Origin: Candidatus Bathyarchaeum sp.
Lineage (GTDB): Archaea; Thermoproteota; Bathyarchaeia; Bathyarchaeales; Bathyarchaeaceae
Reading direction: 5' to 3'
Assembly: GCA_020344315.1 (NCBI GenBank)
Contig: CP070820.1
Location: forward strand, 30,682-94,681
Length of the DNA stretch: 64,000 nucleotides
The notes beneath the pieces are model-generated. The model was not told the DNA's origin and ran no database searches. It saw nothing but the letters and a program-made list of their open reading frames with translations. This document shows, one piece after another, positions 38,706 to 48,287 of the stretch; positions within the stretch are counted from its first letter, which is position 1, and the number at the start of each line of letters is the position of its first letter. The translations under genes and the position numbers were made by a program.

Positions 38706-39503
38706 ATGAGAATCGTGGAAATTATGGATGTTAGAAGAGAAAGCGCGAATGTTAAGGCTTTCACCTTTAAGGATAGGCTGTGTGGAAGGGCTGAGGCGGG
38801 CCAGTTTGTTATGGTTTGGATACCCGGAGTTGATGAGATTCCCATGAGCCTCTCAACCATAACCGCGGATGGACTTTCATCGATAACTGTTGCCGAGGTT
38901 GGAGAAGCCACTAAGGCTCTTAATCAAAGAAAACCAGGAGACACCATGGGGATACGGGGACCCTTCGGCAAGGGCTTCACTCCAACAGAGGGAAACGTGA
39001 TGATAGTTGGAGGAGGAACAGGAGTAGGCCCACTAGTGCCTCTAACTGAAAAGCTTGCAGAAACCGCTGCCAAGGTAACTTTGCTGGTGGGAGCTAAAAC
39101 CAAAGATGAACTCTTGTTTCTGGACAGATTAGAAAAAGCGCTTTCAAATGTTAACTCAGAGATTGTCTTCACGACAGATGATGGGAGCTATGGACTTGGC
39201 GGACTCGTCACTGATCAGGCAGAACAGAAGTTGATGAAGGAAACATTTGATATGATTTACACTTGTGGTCCAGAACAGATGATATACAAGATGTTTCTTC
39301 TGGCAGAACAGCATCAGGCCCCTCTCCAAGCCAGTCTGGAACGAGTAATGCGTTGCGCCATCGGCATATGCGGAAGCTGCGGAATAGGCAACCTAATGGT
39401 CTGCAAAGACGGCCCAGTTCTAACCTCCGAACAACTGAGAAGCGTCAAAGAGGATTTTGGAAGATTCCAGCTAGACCTATCGGGAAGAAAAATCAAACTT
39501 TAG
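38706..39503 (+). CDS. pyrK: Dihydroorotate dehydrogenase electron-transfer subunit
   Basis: FAD/NAD(P) ferredoxin-reductase-like fold (GQFVMVWIPGVDEIPMSLS; IVGGGTGVGPL) and the 2Fe-2S tail CAIGICGSCGIGNLMVCKDGPV. Confidence 0.85.
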   Translation: MRIVEIMDVRRESANVKAFTFKDRLCGRAEAGQFVMVWIPGVDEIPMSLSTITADGLSSITVAEVGEATKALNQRKPGDTMGIRGPFGKGFTPTEGNVMIVGGGTGVGPLVPLTEKLAETAAKVTLLVGAKTKDELLFLDRLEKALSNVNSEIVFTTDDGSYGLGGLVTDQAEQKLMKETFDMIYTCGPEQMIYKMFLLAEQHQAPLQASLERVMRCAIGICGSCGIGNLMVCKDGPVLTSEQLRSVKEDFGRFQLDLSGRKIKL

Positions 39504-39524
39504 GCAATCACACATGCAGGAAAC

Positions 39525-40139
39525 TTGCGAATGGTCTATCCCAAAAAAGTCTTCTTCAAAGAATACGTTTTTATGGTTGATGAGTACGTTTACGAGCCTG
39601 CCGAAGACACCTTTCTCATAGCTCAACAGGTGAGGGCGGAAGAAGGCGATGCTGTTTTGGATATGGGAACTGGCTGTGGAATCCTAGCGGTATTGGCGGC
39701 GGAAAAAGCCAAAAGAGTTGTGGCTGTTGACATCAATCCATATGCTATAGACTGCGCCATCAAGAACGCGGAACTGAATAGTGTGAAGGAGAAGATAGAT
39801 TTTCGGCAGGGAGACCTCTTTCAACCCATTAAACCGACCGAAACCTTCAGCCTGATATTTTTCAACGCGCCCTACCTTCCCTCTGAACCCCATGAAGAGA
39901 GAAGCTGGATAGGGAAGGCATGGGCAGGAGGACAAGATGGAAGAAAGATTATCGACCGTTTCGTGATGGATGCCCCCAACTTCTTAGTGGATGGAGGTCG
40001 AATCCAGCTTGTTCAATCCTCTCGTTCTGACGTAAACAGAACTCTTACTGCGTTTGATGAGATGAACTTGAAGGCAAAGGTTGCTGCCCAAGTTAAGGTT
40101 CCCTACGAAAGTATTGTTTTGATTGAGGTAGAACGCTAG
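39525..40139 (+). CDS. HemK/Mtq2-like N5-glutamine (class I SAM) methyltransferase
   Basis: VYEPAEDTFL, SAM site VLDMGTGCGILAV, and the NPPY-type motif FFNAPYLPS. Confidence 0.75.
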   Translation: MRMVYPKKVFFKEYVFMVDEYVYEPAEDTFLIAQQVRAEEGDAVLDMGTGCGILAVLAAEKAKRVVAVDINPYAIDCAIKNAELNSVKEKIDFRQGDLFQPIKPTETFSLIFFNAPYLPSEPHEERSWIGKAWAGGQDGRKIIDRFVMDAPNFLVDGGRIQLVQSSRSDVNRTLTAFDEMNLKAKVAAQVKVPYESIVLIEVER

Positions 40140-40154
40140 GCGGGCTTGATATGC

Positions 40155-40334
40155 CTAAAAGTCACTCGTTTTCACTAGTGAGGAGAGTGCTATTACTCCA
40201 GTCATCCAAGTTATGACGGTGGCATACCACACTGGAGAAGCCATCCCATAATTGCAGATAATGGTGTGATACACGGAAAGAAGAAACATTGATATCCAGC
40301 AGCCTACGGTCCAAAAGAGCTTAATATGCTTCAT
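40155..40334 (-). CDS. Unlisted 59-aa two-TM membrane ORF (just under the track cutoff)
   Basis: Hand translation gives MKHIKLFWTVGCWISMFLLSVYHTIICNYGMASPVWYATVITWMTGVIALSSLVKTSDF. Confidence 0.35.
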   Translation of the reverse strand: MKHIKLFWTVGCWISMFLLSVYHTIICNYGMASPVWYATVITWMTGVIALSSLVKTSDF

Positions 40335-40552
40335 GGCTCGTACAAAGTTTTGTTTTCATAAAAAGACTTCTGAAGTGTAAATACATTCTAAACATATTGA
40401 TTTAGAGTCAAGCTTTTTAATTGACCAAAGTAGATGTCTCCCGCACCTCCCCTTTTTTTGAGGGAAATTACCTTCGTTAACCGTTTTCCGTGCAAGCATA
40501 TCGTTGGTTTTAAAAAGTCTACGGGAGTATAGTTGGTTAAGGATGTGAAAAC

Positions 40553-41245
40553 ATGATAGGTGCAGTTGTTTTTGTCATAGTCTTCGTTCTGTTTCTTCTG
40601 ATTTCGCTTGCGGGCATAAGTCTTCCGCTTGGAGACTGGATAGTTCAAGAATACATCACCGATATAACGCAAACTGATTATGCAGCATTAGCCGAAGGCA
40701 TCATAAACGGAGTAATCTACGGAATCATCATCTGGATCATATTTACCATAGCAAAGATGCTATACCATAGAATGCAAGGCCCAAAAGAAGTAGTCGTCAA
40801 AATAAAAGAAGCCACAGCCATAAAGGTAGTATCCCCACGTTATGCAAGTGTCGAAGAAATTGAAGGAATTGGACCAGCCTATGCCAAGAAGCTTAGGGAC
40901 AAAGGTATCAAGACGACAGACGACCTGCTGGAAGCAGGTTCAACTAAGAAAGGAAGAAAGGAGCTTGCTGAAAAAACGGGTATTGCAGAGAGATTGATTC
41001 TGGAATGGGTTAACAGAGCTGACCTCTTCAGAATAAAAGGCATCGGCGAAGAATATTCAGACCTCCTAGAACAGGCAGGTGTTGACACCGTTGTTGAGCT
41101 TGCCCGAAGAAACCCCGAAAACCTTCACGCTACAATCGTCGGCATCAACGAAGCAAAAAAACTTGTACGGAGAACTCCGACCTTAAATAACGTCAAAGAT
41201 TGGATTGAACAAGCAAAAACATTACCAAAAAAAGTAGAGCACTAA
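40553..41245 (+). CDS. Membrane-anchored DUF4332 (helix-hairpin-helix repeat) protein
   Basis: Two N-terminal TM helices, then VEEIEGIGPAYAKKLRDKGIKTTDDLL and FRIKGIGEEYSDLLEQAGVDTVVELA HhH units. Confidence 0.7.
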   Translation: MIGAVVFVIVFVLFLLISLAGISLPLGDWIVQEYITDITQTDYAALAEGIINGVIYGIIIWIIFTIAKMLYHRMQGPKEVVVKIKEATAIKVVSPRYASVEEIEGIGPAYAKKLRDKGIKTTDDLLEAGSTKKGRKELAEKTGIAERLILEWVNRADLFRIKGIGEEYSDLLEQAGVDTVVELARRNPENLHATIVGINEAKKLVRRTPTLNNVKDWIEQAKTLPKKVEH

Positions 41246-41355
41246 AATTCCTGAATGCAATTTGACCCACAAAATAATACACACAAGCAATGAAGGTATC
41301 TCACGAAAATCTTAAACCTTAACATGAAAAAATCTAGTATGGATAGTGTAGGCTC

Positions 41356-42036
41356 TTGCAGTTTCTGAAATACATCAAGGTTAGGCGAATTGAAACACGC
41401 CCAGACGATACTTGGTACGACATGAGCTTGCGCCAGATGAGAAAAGGCGAAGTGAATTTCTACAGAGTAAAAGACTTCCTCACAGGTGATTGGCTCTTTA
41501 AACTGTGCAAAGACAAAGAACTAGGAAAGATCTTAGTCAAGGCTGTGAAATGCCCTGCAGGTATCCTCTACGCACAGTTAGAAGGAAAAACCATGGTTTT
41601 TCAGGAAAGCAATATTGAGGGCATGCTCTACGACGTCCTTTCCTTAACACAAGCGGATGAAAATGATAAGCTAAAGCGAAAGATCGTCTCCAGCATCGAA
41701 GAAGTTCCACCCATCATCAGCGAGAACTATACGATTAAACCCTATGAAGAAGCAACTGGAAAGAGAGCACCCGGCAAACACCTAGTTACATTGTGCAAGC
41801 GAGAAAACGAAAAAGCAATCGTAACCCTCTTTATACTTGAACGAGCATGGTCGATTTCCAAATCCACGCCAGAAGAGAAGCTGAAAGAGAAAGAACAGAA
41901 GATGACAAAGACAACCAAAAAAGAAGTGGACACTGGGCAGGTTTGGTCATGTCCCATCTGCGGCAAAAAACATCGCCTAATACATATAGAAACAGAAAAG
42001 ACCGTTAAACACCGGCTACGAAACCCACGCTCATAA
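41356..42036 (+). CDS. Hypothetical protein with a C-terminal CPxC knuckle
   Basis: 226-aa ORF with coding-like composition, a Lys/Glu-rich linker and WSCPICGKKH. TTG start. No family recognised. Confidence 0.4.
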   Translation: MQFLKYIKVRRIETRPDDTWYDMSLRQMRKGEVNFYRVKDFLTGDWLFKLCKDKELGKILVKAVKCPAGILYAQLEGKTMVFQESNIEGMLYDVLSLTQADENDKLKRKIVSSIEEVPPIISENYTIKPYEEATGKRAPGKHLVTLCKRENEKAIVTLFILERAWSISKSTPEEKLKEKEQKMTKTTKKEVDTGQVWSCPICGKKHRLIHIETEKTVKHRLRNPRS

Positions 42037-42161
42037 TATCTTTTTTTGATTAAGGCCCGATTTGAAAACACTGTCAGGTTTTTGGTCTAACTTGGGAAGT
42101 TGTGTATTTTGGATATTTATTTTGAATTCTTAACATCTAAATACGTATTCTGACTCCGAAG

Positions 42162-42494
42162 TTGAATAACAAGGTGAAAACTTTGAAGAGGGACTCAAGA
42201 AGATCCAAACTGGAAATTTATATTGACATCCTCAGGGTTTTAGGTCAGTACGGACCTTTGAAACTAACCCATATCATGTACAAATCTAACGTAAACTGTA
42301 CTGTTCTAAAACAATTCTTAGATTTCTTAGGCCAGCAGAACCTCGTTGAAGAACAGATATTACGTAAAAGAAAAGTGCAAAAGATCACTTATGCCATAAC
42401 AGAAAGGGGAAGAACAGCCCTAAACTACTTCAAGGAAATAAAAAAGGCTGTCCAAACAAATGAAGAAGCTCAAAGTCAATACGTTTTCATATAA
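42162..42494 (+). CDS. Small winged-helix DNA-binding protein (HTH_45/DUF4364-like)
   Basis: RRSKLEIYIDILRVL...PLKLTHIMYKSNVNCTVLKQFLDFLGQQNLVEE...YAITERGRTALNYF. Confidence 0.6.
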   Translation: MNNKVKTLKRDSRRSKLEIYIDILRVLGQYGPLKLTHIMYKSNVNCTVLKQFLDFLGQQNLVEEQILRKRKVQKITYAITERGRTALNYFKEIKKAVQTNEEAQSQYVFI

Positions 42495-42546
42495 GCAAAA
42501 AATATGAAAATTCGCTTGTGGACTCCTATAAAATAGGCCATAGGTG

Positions 42547-42819
42547 TCAACGGTTACTTAGGTGAGTTTTAGCCACTATTAAAGTGGCTGTTTGAAAGAT
42601 ATCAGGTAAAACCCTCAATTTATCGGTTAGGAACTCGTTCAAAAGTTCAAGATCTTCAGTTTGCAATTTCAAGATAGCATCGTATTCACCATACATCATA
42701 CTTACCTCTGTGACTTCTTTGAAGTATGAAATTTTTTCCAGTATATCCTTCTCGGTACCCGGATTAAGCGTGATCAACACGTAAGCTAAGACACCCATCT
42801 GATGATTACCTCTTGACAC
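42547..42819 (-). CDS. Stand-alone Lrp/AsnC ligand-binding (RAM) domain protein
   Basis: AYVLITLNPGTEKDILEKISYFKEVTEVSMMYGEYDAILKLQTEDLELLNEFL is the AsnC_trans_reg fold pattern. Met8 is a possible start. Confidence 0.7.
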   Translation of the reverse strand: MSRGNHQMGVLAYVLITLNPGTEKDILEKISYFKEVTEVSMMYGEYDAILKLQTEDLELLNEFLTDKLRVLPDIFQTATLIVAKTHLSNR

Positions 42820-42906
42820 ACTTTTACTTGGATGAACTTTAACCTTTTGCCTGCAAAGATGAAAAGATAGGTTTAGCCGAAGACTGGGTGCCTTTTACAG
42901 ACCAAC

Positions 42907-43884
42907 TCATGGAGCGTTATCTACTAATTCTTGGGCCAAAGCAGCTGCCCCAATTGCTCCTGCATCACCCCCCAACGCAGCCTTCACAATTTCCAACTTT
43001 TCAACAGCAGCCTCTAACGCTCTCCTTCGAACAATATCTTCCACCATCTGAACCAGCTCAGGAATCCCCTCAATGACACCGCCGCCGAGGACTAGACGGC
43101 AAGGATTGAAGGCGTTTACTATACTTACTACTCCGGCAGCTAGGTATCGACCAGTCTCTTCCACCAGTCTTCGAGCTAGCGAGTCGCCTTGCCGGTAAGC
43201 TTGGCTAACAGTAGCCGCCGTTATTTTTTCAACGCTGCCTGCCAAAGATGTCAGTTGTTGTCCCTCCTTTGGCTCGTTATTAACTGCGTCTTGGGCTCGT
43301 TCAGCGATTGCCCACCCCCCAGCGTAAGCTTCCAAACAACCTCTGTTAGGGCAGTGGCACTTTCGTCCATCATAAATAATTATAGTGTGCCCCAACTCTC
43401 CACCAGTGTTGGTGCAACCCCCTAGGAGGTTTCCACCGCTTATGACTCCCCCGCCTACGCCTGTACCCACAAAAAGAACAGCTAGATAGTCAACACCTCT
43501 TCCTGAACCGAAGCGCCATTCGCCCCAAGTAGCTGCACGAACATCATTGGTTACAATCACCGGCATTCCAAGCTTCTCCTTCATTTTTTTCTTTAATGGA
43601 ATGTTTCGCCATCCTAGGTTTGGAGAACCGTGGACAACTCCGTTCAAGTCCACTTGCGCGGCTATGCCTATTCCCAGAGCTTTGGCTTCTTGATTTGCTT
43701 TGCTGAGGCAGCCCTCTACACCTGCTAGGATGTCGGCGATGACCCTTTTTGGTTCCTTTTCGGGGTGGGTGAGAGATTTATGAACCGATAAGAGGCGACC
43801 GCTGCAATCTACTAACGCTACCTTTATCTTGGTGCCTCCAAGGTCAACGCCTAAAGTGATTGGCTCGTTAATCTCCTGCCCCAT
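42907..43884 (-). CDS. ROK-family sugar kinase (glucokinase-like)
   Basis: LGVDLGGTKIKVALVD, VTNDVRAATWGE, GTGVGGGVI, GELGH and the zinc motif CHCPNRGCLEAYAGG. Confidence 0.85.
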   Translation of the reverse strand: MGQEINEPITLGVDLGGTKIKVALVDCSGRLLSVHKSLTHPEKEPKRVIADILAGVEGCLSKANQEAKALGIGIAAQVDLNGVVHGSPNLGWRNIPLKKKMKEKLGMPVIVTNDVRAATWGEWRFGSGRGVDYLAVLFVGTGVGGGVISGGNLLGGCTNTGGELGHTIIIYDGRKCHCPNRGCLEAYAGGWAIAERAQDAVNNEPKEGQQLTSLAGSVEKITAATVSQAYRQGDSLARRLVEETGRYLAAGVVSIVNAFNPCRLVLGGGVIEGIPELVQMVEDIVRRRALEAAVEKLEIVKAALGGDAGAIGAAALAQELVDNAP

Positions 43885-44148
43885 GTTTTATCCTCTCACC
43901 TGTAACGCCTTTAGCACCGAGTTTCTAAAGGTCATACATGTTCTAGGTTATTTGGTTCAGCGCCTCTTAAACCAAGGTGAATGTTATCCCGAAAGTAAAT
44001 TAGTTTTTCTACAAGACTCAAGAATAAAATCCCTTTCTATCAACTACGGAAAACTATCCATAGAACCCTGCACAGATGCATACGATTACGTAATGAACCT
44101 ATTTTTGAGAAGAAATAGAAAAAGGGGAGAATGTTTCACAGCTTATTC

Positions 44149-45783
44149 TCAGTAGCCTGGCGGCATTCCGCCCGGAGGAGGCCCTTCTTTGGGTTTCGTT
44201 GAGGCGATCACGTCGTCGATTCGTAAGATCATGGAGGAAACTTCCGCGGCTGACTTCATAGCCTGCTCCTTAACTTTCAGAGGTTCAATGACTCCCTTAT
44301 CGTAGGTGTTGACTATCTTGCCTTTGAAAACGTCTACGCCCATCAGGTGGCCTTTCTTCTTTTCGTGGGCTGCCCTCAAGCCGACAAGGATATCTATAGA
44401 CTCTAAGCCAGCGTTTTCAGCCAGTGTCTTCGGCACGATCTCTATCGAATCAGCGAATGCTTCTATGGCAAGTTGTTCCCTGCCGCCAACCTTTGTTGCG
44501 TAGGAACGAAGAACTTTTGCGATCTCGCTCTCTGTTGCTCCGCCTCCAGCAACAATCTTGTTACATTCGACGACATCAGCAACCACGGATAGAGCATCAT
44601 TCATAGCCCTGTCCGCCTCATCCACCATTCTTTCGAGACCAGCACGGATAAGAATCGCAACCGACCGGGGTTCTTTGCATTTCTCCACAAAGATCATCTT
44701 ATCATCCCCCACCTTACGTTCTTCCACCAGTCCTGCTTTTCCCAAGTCTTCACCCTTCAAATCATCTAATTTTGAGATAACCGTTCCTCCGGTGGCTCTG
44801 GCTAGTTTTTCCATGTCTGATTGCTTGACCCTGCGTGCTGCTATGATGCCTTTCTTGGCTAGGAAGTGCTGAGCCATGTCGTCGATTCCTTTCTGGCAAA
44901 AGAGAACTGTTGCGCCTGAGGCTTTGACTTTGTCAACCATCTCCTTGAGCATGCTTGTTTCTTTGTTCAAAAAGGCCTGCATCTGAGTGGGGTCTCTTAT
45001 CCTAATTTCGGCTGAGAACTCGGTTTTCTCCACTTCTAGTGGTGAATCAAGGAGAGCGATTTTTGCGTTTTTTACCTGTTTTGGCATTCCTGCGTGAACA
45101 ATCTCTTTGTCGACGATTATGCCTTTAACGAGTTGAGTATCGTAGAGGCTCTTTCCCTCTTTCTTAACTCTCTGAATGTTGTCAATGTCCGCTACCATTT
45201 TTTCGCCTCGTTTCTCAGCTACCAGCTTTACTGCGTCAATAGTGATTTCAGATAGATGGTCCCGGGCAGCACCCACAGCCTTACTTCCCATAGATGTCAT
45301 GGCTACCTTCTTCAGGGTTGCACGGTCCTCAAGATCAACAGTTATTGCCAAACCGTCCAAGGCTTCCACTGCCTTCTCGACAGCTTTTCTGTATCCTCTC
45401 ACAATAACCGTTGGGTGGATATTCTGATTCAGTAACTCTTCGGCTTTCCCTAAAAGCTCTCCTGCTAAGATTACGGCGGTGGTGGTTCCGTCGCCCACCA
45501 TGTCGTCTTGGGTCTTCGCAATTTCCACCATCATCTTTGCTGCTGGATGTTGCACGTCGATTTCGTCGAGGATAGCGGCGCCGTCGTTAGTTATGGTTAT
45601 GTCTCCTAAGCCGTCAATAAGCATCTTGTCCATGCCCCGAGGTCCCAAAGTGGTCCTCAAAACTTCGGCGATTATTTTGGCAGCCATAATGTTGTTTGTC
45701 TGAGCGTCTCTTCCTCGTTTGCGAGCTGTTCCCTCTTTAAGAATGAGAACGGGTTGTCCCGCTTGTGTAGTTAAATATGCCAT
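44149..45783 (-). CDS. ths: Thermosome subunit (group II chaperonin)
   Basis: [35 protein letters not shown] and VAGGGATE motifs. GGMPPGY tail. Confidence 0.95.
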   Translation of the reverse strand: MAYLTTQAGQPVLILKEGTARKRGRDAQTNNIMAAKIIAEVLRTTLGPRGMDKMLIDGLGDITITNDGAAILDEIDVQHPAAKMMVEIAKTQDDMVGDGTTTAVILAGELLGKAEELLNQNIHPTVIVRGYRKAVEKAVEALDGLAITVDLEDRATLKKVAMTSMGSKAVGAARDHLSEITIDAVKLVAEKRGEKMVADIDNIQRVKKEGKSLYDTQLVKGIIVDKEIVHAGMPKQVKNAKIALLDSPLEVEKTEFSAEIRIRDPTQMQAFLNKETSMLKEMVDKVKASGATVLFCQKGIDDMAQHFLAKKGIIAARRVKQSDMEKLARATGGTVISKLDDLKGEDLGKAGLVEERKVGDDKMIFVEKCKEPRSVAILIRAGLERMVDEADRAMNDALSVVADVVECNKIVAGGGATESEIAKVLRSYATKVGGREQLAIEAFADSIEIVPKTLAENAGLESIDILVGLRAAHEKKKGHLMGVDVFKGKIVNTYDKGVIEPLKVKEQAMKSAAEVSSMILRIDDVIASTKPKEGPPPGGMPPGY

Positions 45784-45847
45784 ACAAATCCTTCCTTCTT
45801 ATGTGCTAAATTTCTAGCTACTGCACTTTCATCTAGAATATAAAGTT

Positions 45848-45869
45848 TTTCTGCAGATAAACGCAGAAA
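45848..45869. promoter_or_regulatory. Inverted repeat TTTCTGC-N8-GCAGAAA abutting the thermosome TATA box
   Basis: On the gene strand it reads TTTCTGCGTTTATCTGCAGAAAAACTTTATATTC, about 60 nt upstream of the ATG. The 11-mer CTGCAGATAAA recurs at 52441-52451. Confidence 0.4.
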
Positions 45870-45885
45870 CACGTAAACTAGAGTG

Positions 45886-46401
45886 TTAGCGTCGCTCCAC
45901 GTCAGGATCCGGCGGTTCATTCGGATAATTATCGAGAATTCCTGACTCAGCAATGGCAAATGGAAGAACAAGAATGCCGAACGAAAGCAGGGATGCAAGG
46001 AAAGCATTGTAGTTGGTAATGGTAAAGGTGCCGAAGATTGTATAGAATTCGTCAGAATTTTCGATGATCCACGCCTCGACTGTCCACTCAGCCTTAGTTG
46101 CCAGCAAATATCCCAGCAGAATCAGGAAGATAATAATCGCTAAAATTAGCACGATTCTTTTCTTGGTTTTGTTATTCTTCCTTCCTTCGGAGGCGTATAA
46201 AGGGATAAGAGCAAACAGAACGCCGAAATCTAATGCAACCAGACTGATGATTAAAAAACCTGGAGTATATGGATTTAAATTCTCGAAGAAAAAAAATCTT
46301 TCATTACCCAGCATAAATAAGCCGATGAAGAAACCGCCCACCATCACTACCGACAAACCGATTATCCAAAAATGTTCTTTTGTTCTTGCGCGAATCTTCA
46401 A
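45886..46401 (-). CDS. Hypothetical polytopic membrane protein
   Basis: 171 aa with about 5 TM helices. Its start overlaps the upstream ORF's stop by 4 nt, suggesting an operon. It has no Cys, so it is not an archaeosortase. Confidence 0.5.
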   Translation of the reverse strand: MKIRARTKEHFWIIGLSVVMVGGFFIGLFMLGNERFFFFENLNPYTPGFLIISLVALDFGVLFALIPLYASEGRKNNKTKKRIVLILAIIIFLILLGYLLATKAEWTVEAWIIENSDEFYTIFGTFTITNYNAFLASLLSFGILVLPFAIAESGILDNYPNEPPDPDVERR

Positions 46402-46814
46402 CTTTTCCCACTGCCTTTCAAATCTCTGTTAGTCAAGATAAGACCAACCGCTAAGAATAAGATGGCAATCAAGAAAAGTCGAAGTTGAAGAGACAGTAGA
46501 ATGTTGGAGATTCCTTTTTGCCATCCATGCCAATACGCCCATCCATCCTTAATCAAAAATGCTGGAGACAAAAGAGACATTCCGATAATTGTGAATACCA
46601 CACCAATCGAAAACGAATGATTGCTAAGGTAGCCGAAAATTTCCATGTTAATGTAATCGCCAATTTCCTTAAGTTCGGTCTCTCTCCTTTCAAATTCAAA
46701 AAATGTCAGGAGTATTAAGAGAGCCAATGCTAAAAAACCAAAGATTAAATTAATAAGGAAAACAACGGCGACTGTTGCTGACATTCCCGCTGCCAACAAT
46801 TTTATTCTTTTCAC
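46398..46814 (-). CDS. Hypothetical polytopic membrane protein
   Basis: 138 aa with about 4 TM helices. Translationally coupled to 45886-46401. Confidence 0.5.
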   Translation of the reverse strand: MKRIKLLAAGMSATVAVVFLINLIFGFLALALLILLTFFEFERRETELKEIGDYINMEIFGYLSNHSFSIGVVFTIIGMSLLSPAFLIKDGWAYWHGWQKGISNILLSLQLRLFLIAILFLAVGLILTNRDLKGSGKS

Positions 46815-47145
46815 GATTTATTCCTCTTCAATATGTTAGCCTAGAAGCCACCCGACCACAAGCTCCGTAGGACCGAGCGACCTTGATACAAATAAATTTA
46901 GAGTCATAGAGATGTTAACTCCTTCACTTAATTCCCTTAACTCCCTCCAGAGTATCTGAAACCAATTCCATGTTGTTAGGATTAGAATTAGGACACCCCC
47001 ATCAGAACGGTTTTTATTTTAATTGTTGTGTTCCTGCTTTATTTTATATTTTGCCGCACATTTATGCAGAAAAAATGAAGCTTTTCACTAGACGATTGGA
47101 GGCTGTGGTTTTGCCTCTTTCAAGAAAAAAGGGAGTTGCGCTTGT

Positions 47146-47367
47146 TTACTTTTCTAGGACTTTTCTTGAGGCTATCTTAATGTCTTCTGCCTTAACGGTT
47201 TTTCGTCCAGCGTGCATTGCGTAGTCGATGGCTTCTTTAGCTATTTTGATGCCGATTTCTTCCAATTGGTTTGCCAGCGCTTTCGCGGCTGCTTCGCTTA
47301 CTCTGCTCGCTCCCGCTTTCTTGCATATTCTGTGCATTGGAGCTACAGATAATTCAGATTTCCCCAT
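47146..47367 (-). CDS. Archaeal histone (HMf family)
   Basis: [66 protein letters not shown] is a complete histone fold. The ATG at 47367 is preferred over the longer track ORF. Confidence 0.85.
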   Translation of the reverse strand: MGKSELSVAPMHRICKKAGASRVSEAAAKALANQLEEIGIKIAKEAIDYAMHAGRKTVKAEDIKIASRKVLEK

Positions 47368-47586
47368 AGTAAACCCCTTCGCAGCGTCTTTTTTCTTTAA
47401 GGCAGTATTTAAGTCTTTCATTCTCTTCTAAACCGTAATTTTCCCTCTTTTCACGTTTAATCCAATTTTCTCTGTTTACAAGGAACCTATTGTCATTCCA
47501 TGAAAGCTGAGTATCAGTTTCAGTTTGGAATCTAAGACGTTGAATTACATAATTGAAGACCGCAAAAAATGGCTCGAAGCGATGGC

Positions 47587-48120
47587 TTAGCGTCTCTGGG
47601 TCAGAGATTGGAGAATGCCTTTGAAGATTTCGAAGGTTTTCTGGTCGTAAAGGCAGTAAACTACTTTTTCTAGGTTTGTTGGACCTTCCAGATACGCTAT
47701 TGCGGTTGAGAGCATTATGGTGGCGCACCGGTCTTTCGGGAAACCGAAGATTCCTGTGCTTATTGCAGGGAAGGCTATGCTCTTCAGATTCTTTTGCTCA
47801 GCCAAAATTAGGGAGTTCAGGGTTGCATCTTTCAGTTTCGCATCCTCGTGTTCTTCTCCGTGTCTCGGACCCACGGCGTGGATCACATATTTTGCCTTCA
47901 GGTTTCCTCCTGTTGTTATTGCTGCTCCGCCTACATGGGTTCCTCCTATTTTGTTGCATTCTTCTTGGATTTTTGGTCCGCCTTTTCTTCTGATGGCTCC
48001 TGCGACCCCGCCGCCCATCTGTAATGCAGCGTTTGCAGCGTTAACTATGGCGTCTGTGGTTTGGTCTGTTATGTCTCCCTGAGTCAATTCTAAAACAGTC
48101 TCGTTGATCTTAACCTTCAT
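47587..48120 (-). CDS. Macro-domain protein (ADP-ribose/O-acetyl-ADP-ribose hydrolase-like)
   Basis: LTQGDITDQTTDAIVNAANAALQMGGGVAGAI...VIHAVGP...SIAFPAISTGIFGFP. Confidence 0.9.
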   Translation of the reverse strand: MKVKINETVLELTQGDITDQTTDAIVNAANAALQMGGGVAGAIRRKGGPKIQEECNKIGGTHVGGAAITTGGNLKAKYVIHAVGPRHGEEHEDAKLKDATLNSLILAEQKNLKSIAFPAISTGIFGFPKDRCATIMLSTAIAYLEGPTNLEKVVYCLYDQKTFEIFKGILQSLTQRR

Positions 48121-48287
48121 GTTTCGGTTTCTCCATAGAAATTATTATGTGGTGAAGGGATTTTAGCTCTTACCATTTCTGTAGCCTCTGCAACGAGAAG
48201 GTGAATCTCTACAAAAAGGAGATTTTTCAAATATTAGATAACGATATTTGTTTACTGATTAAGAGATATTGCTAGGGTTTTGTCATC

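Noticed and set aside
40407-40425. GTCAAG-N7-TTGAC upstream of the DUF4332 gene, and AGTCAACTGTCAAAAAAATTGCAT at about 6912-6935, resemble the operator.
   Set aside because: The half-site spacing differs (9 nt between GTCAA and TTGAC instead of 6), the constant GTTTC core is missing, and each is a single copy. I treat them as chance or very degenerate relatives.
43829-44155. 108-aa + strand ORF between the ROK kinase and thermosome genes.
   Set aside because: It starts antisense inside the ROK gene and spans the promoter and terminator gap. Its sequence is not protein-like.
44306-45703. Five + strand ORFs (60-104 aa) inside the thermosome gene. Similar antisense or off-frame shadow sets occur in mer (995-1708), acdA, ahcY (25288-26168), pyrD (36859-37224), the macro gene (47676-48082), MBL (28838-29320), pyk and the GT-C gene.
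   Set aside because: These are typical antisense or off-frame shadow ORFs inside strongly supported genes. They have Ser/Arg/Pro-rich composition and no motifs.
45886-46814. Two overlapping membrane ORFs considered as a split archaeosortase for the PEF-CTERM proteins.
   Set aside because: Neither contains a Cys (the catalytic residue of exo- and archaeosortases), and the sizes and TM patterns do not fit.
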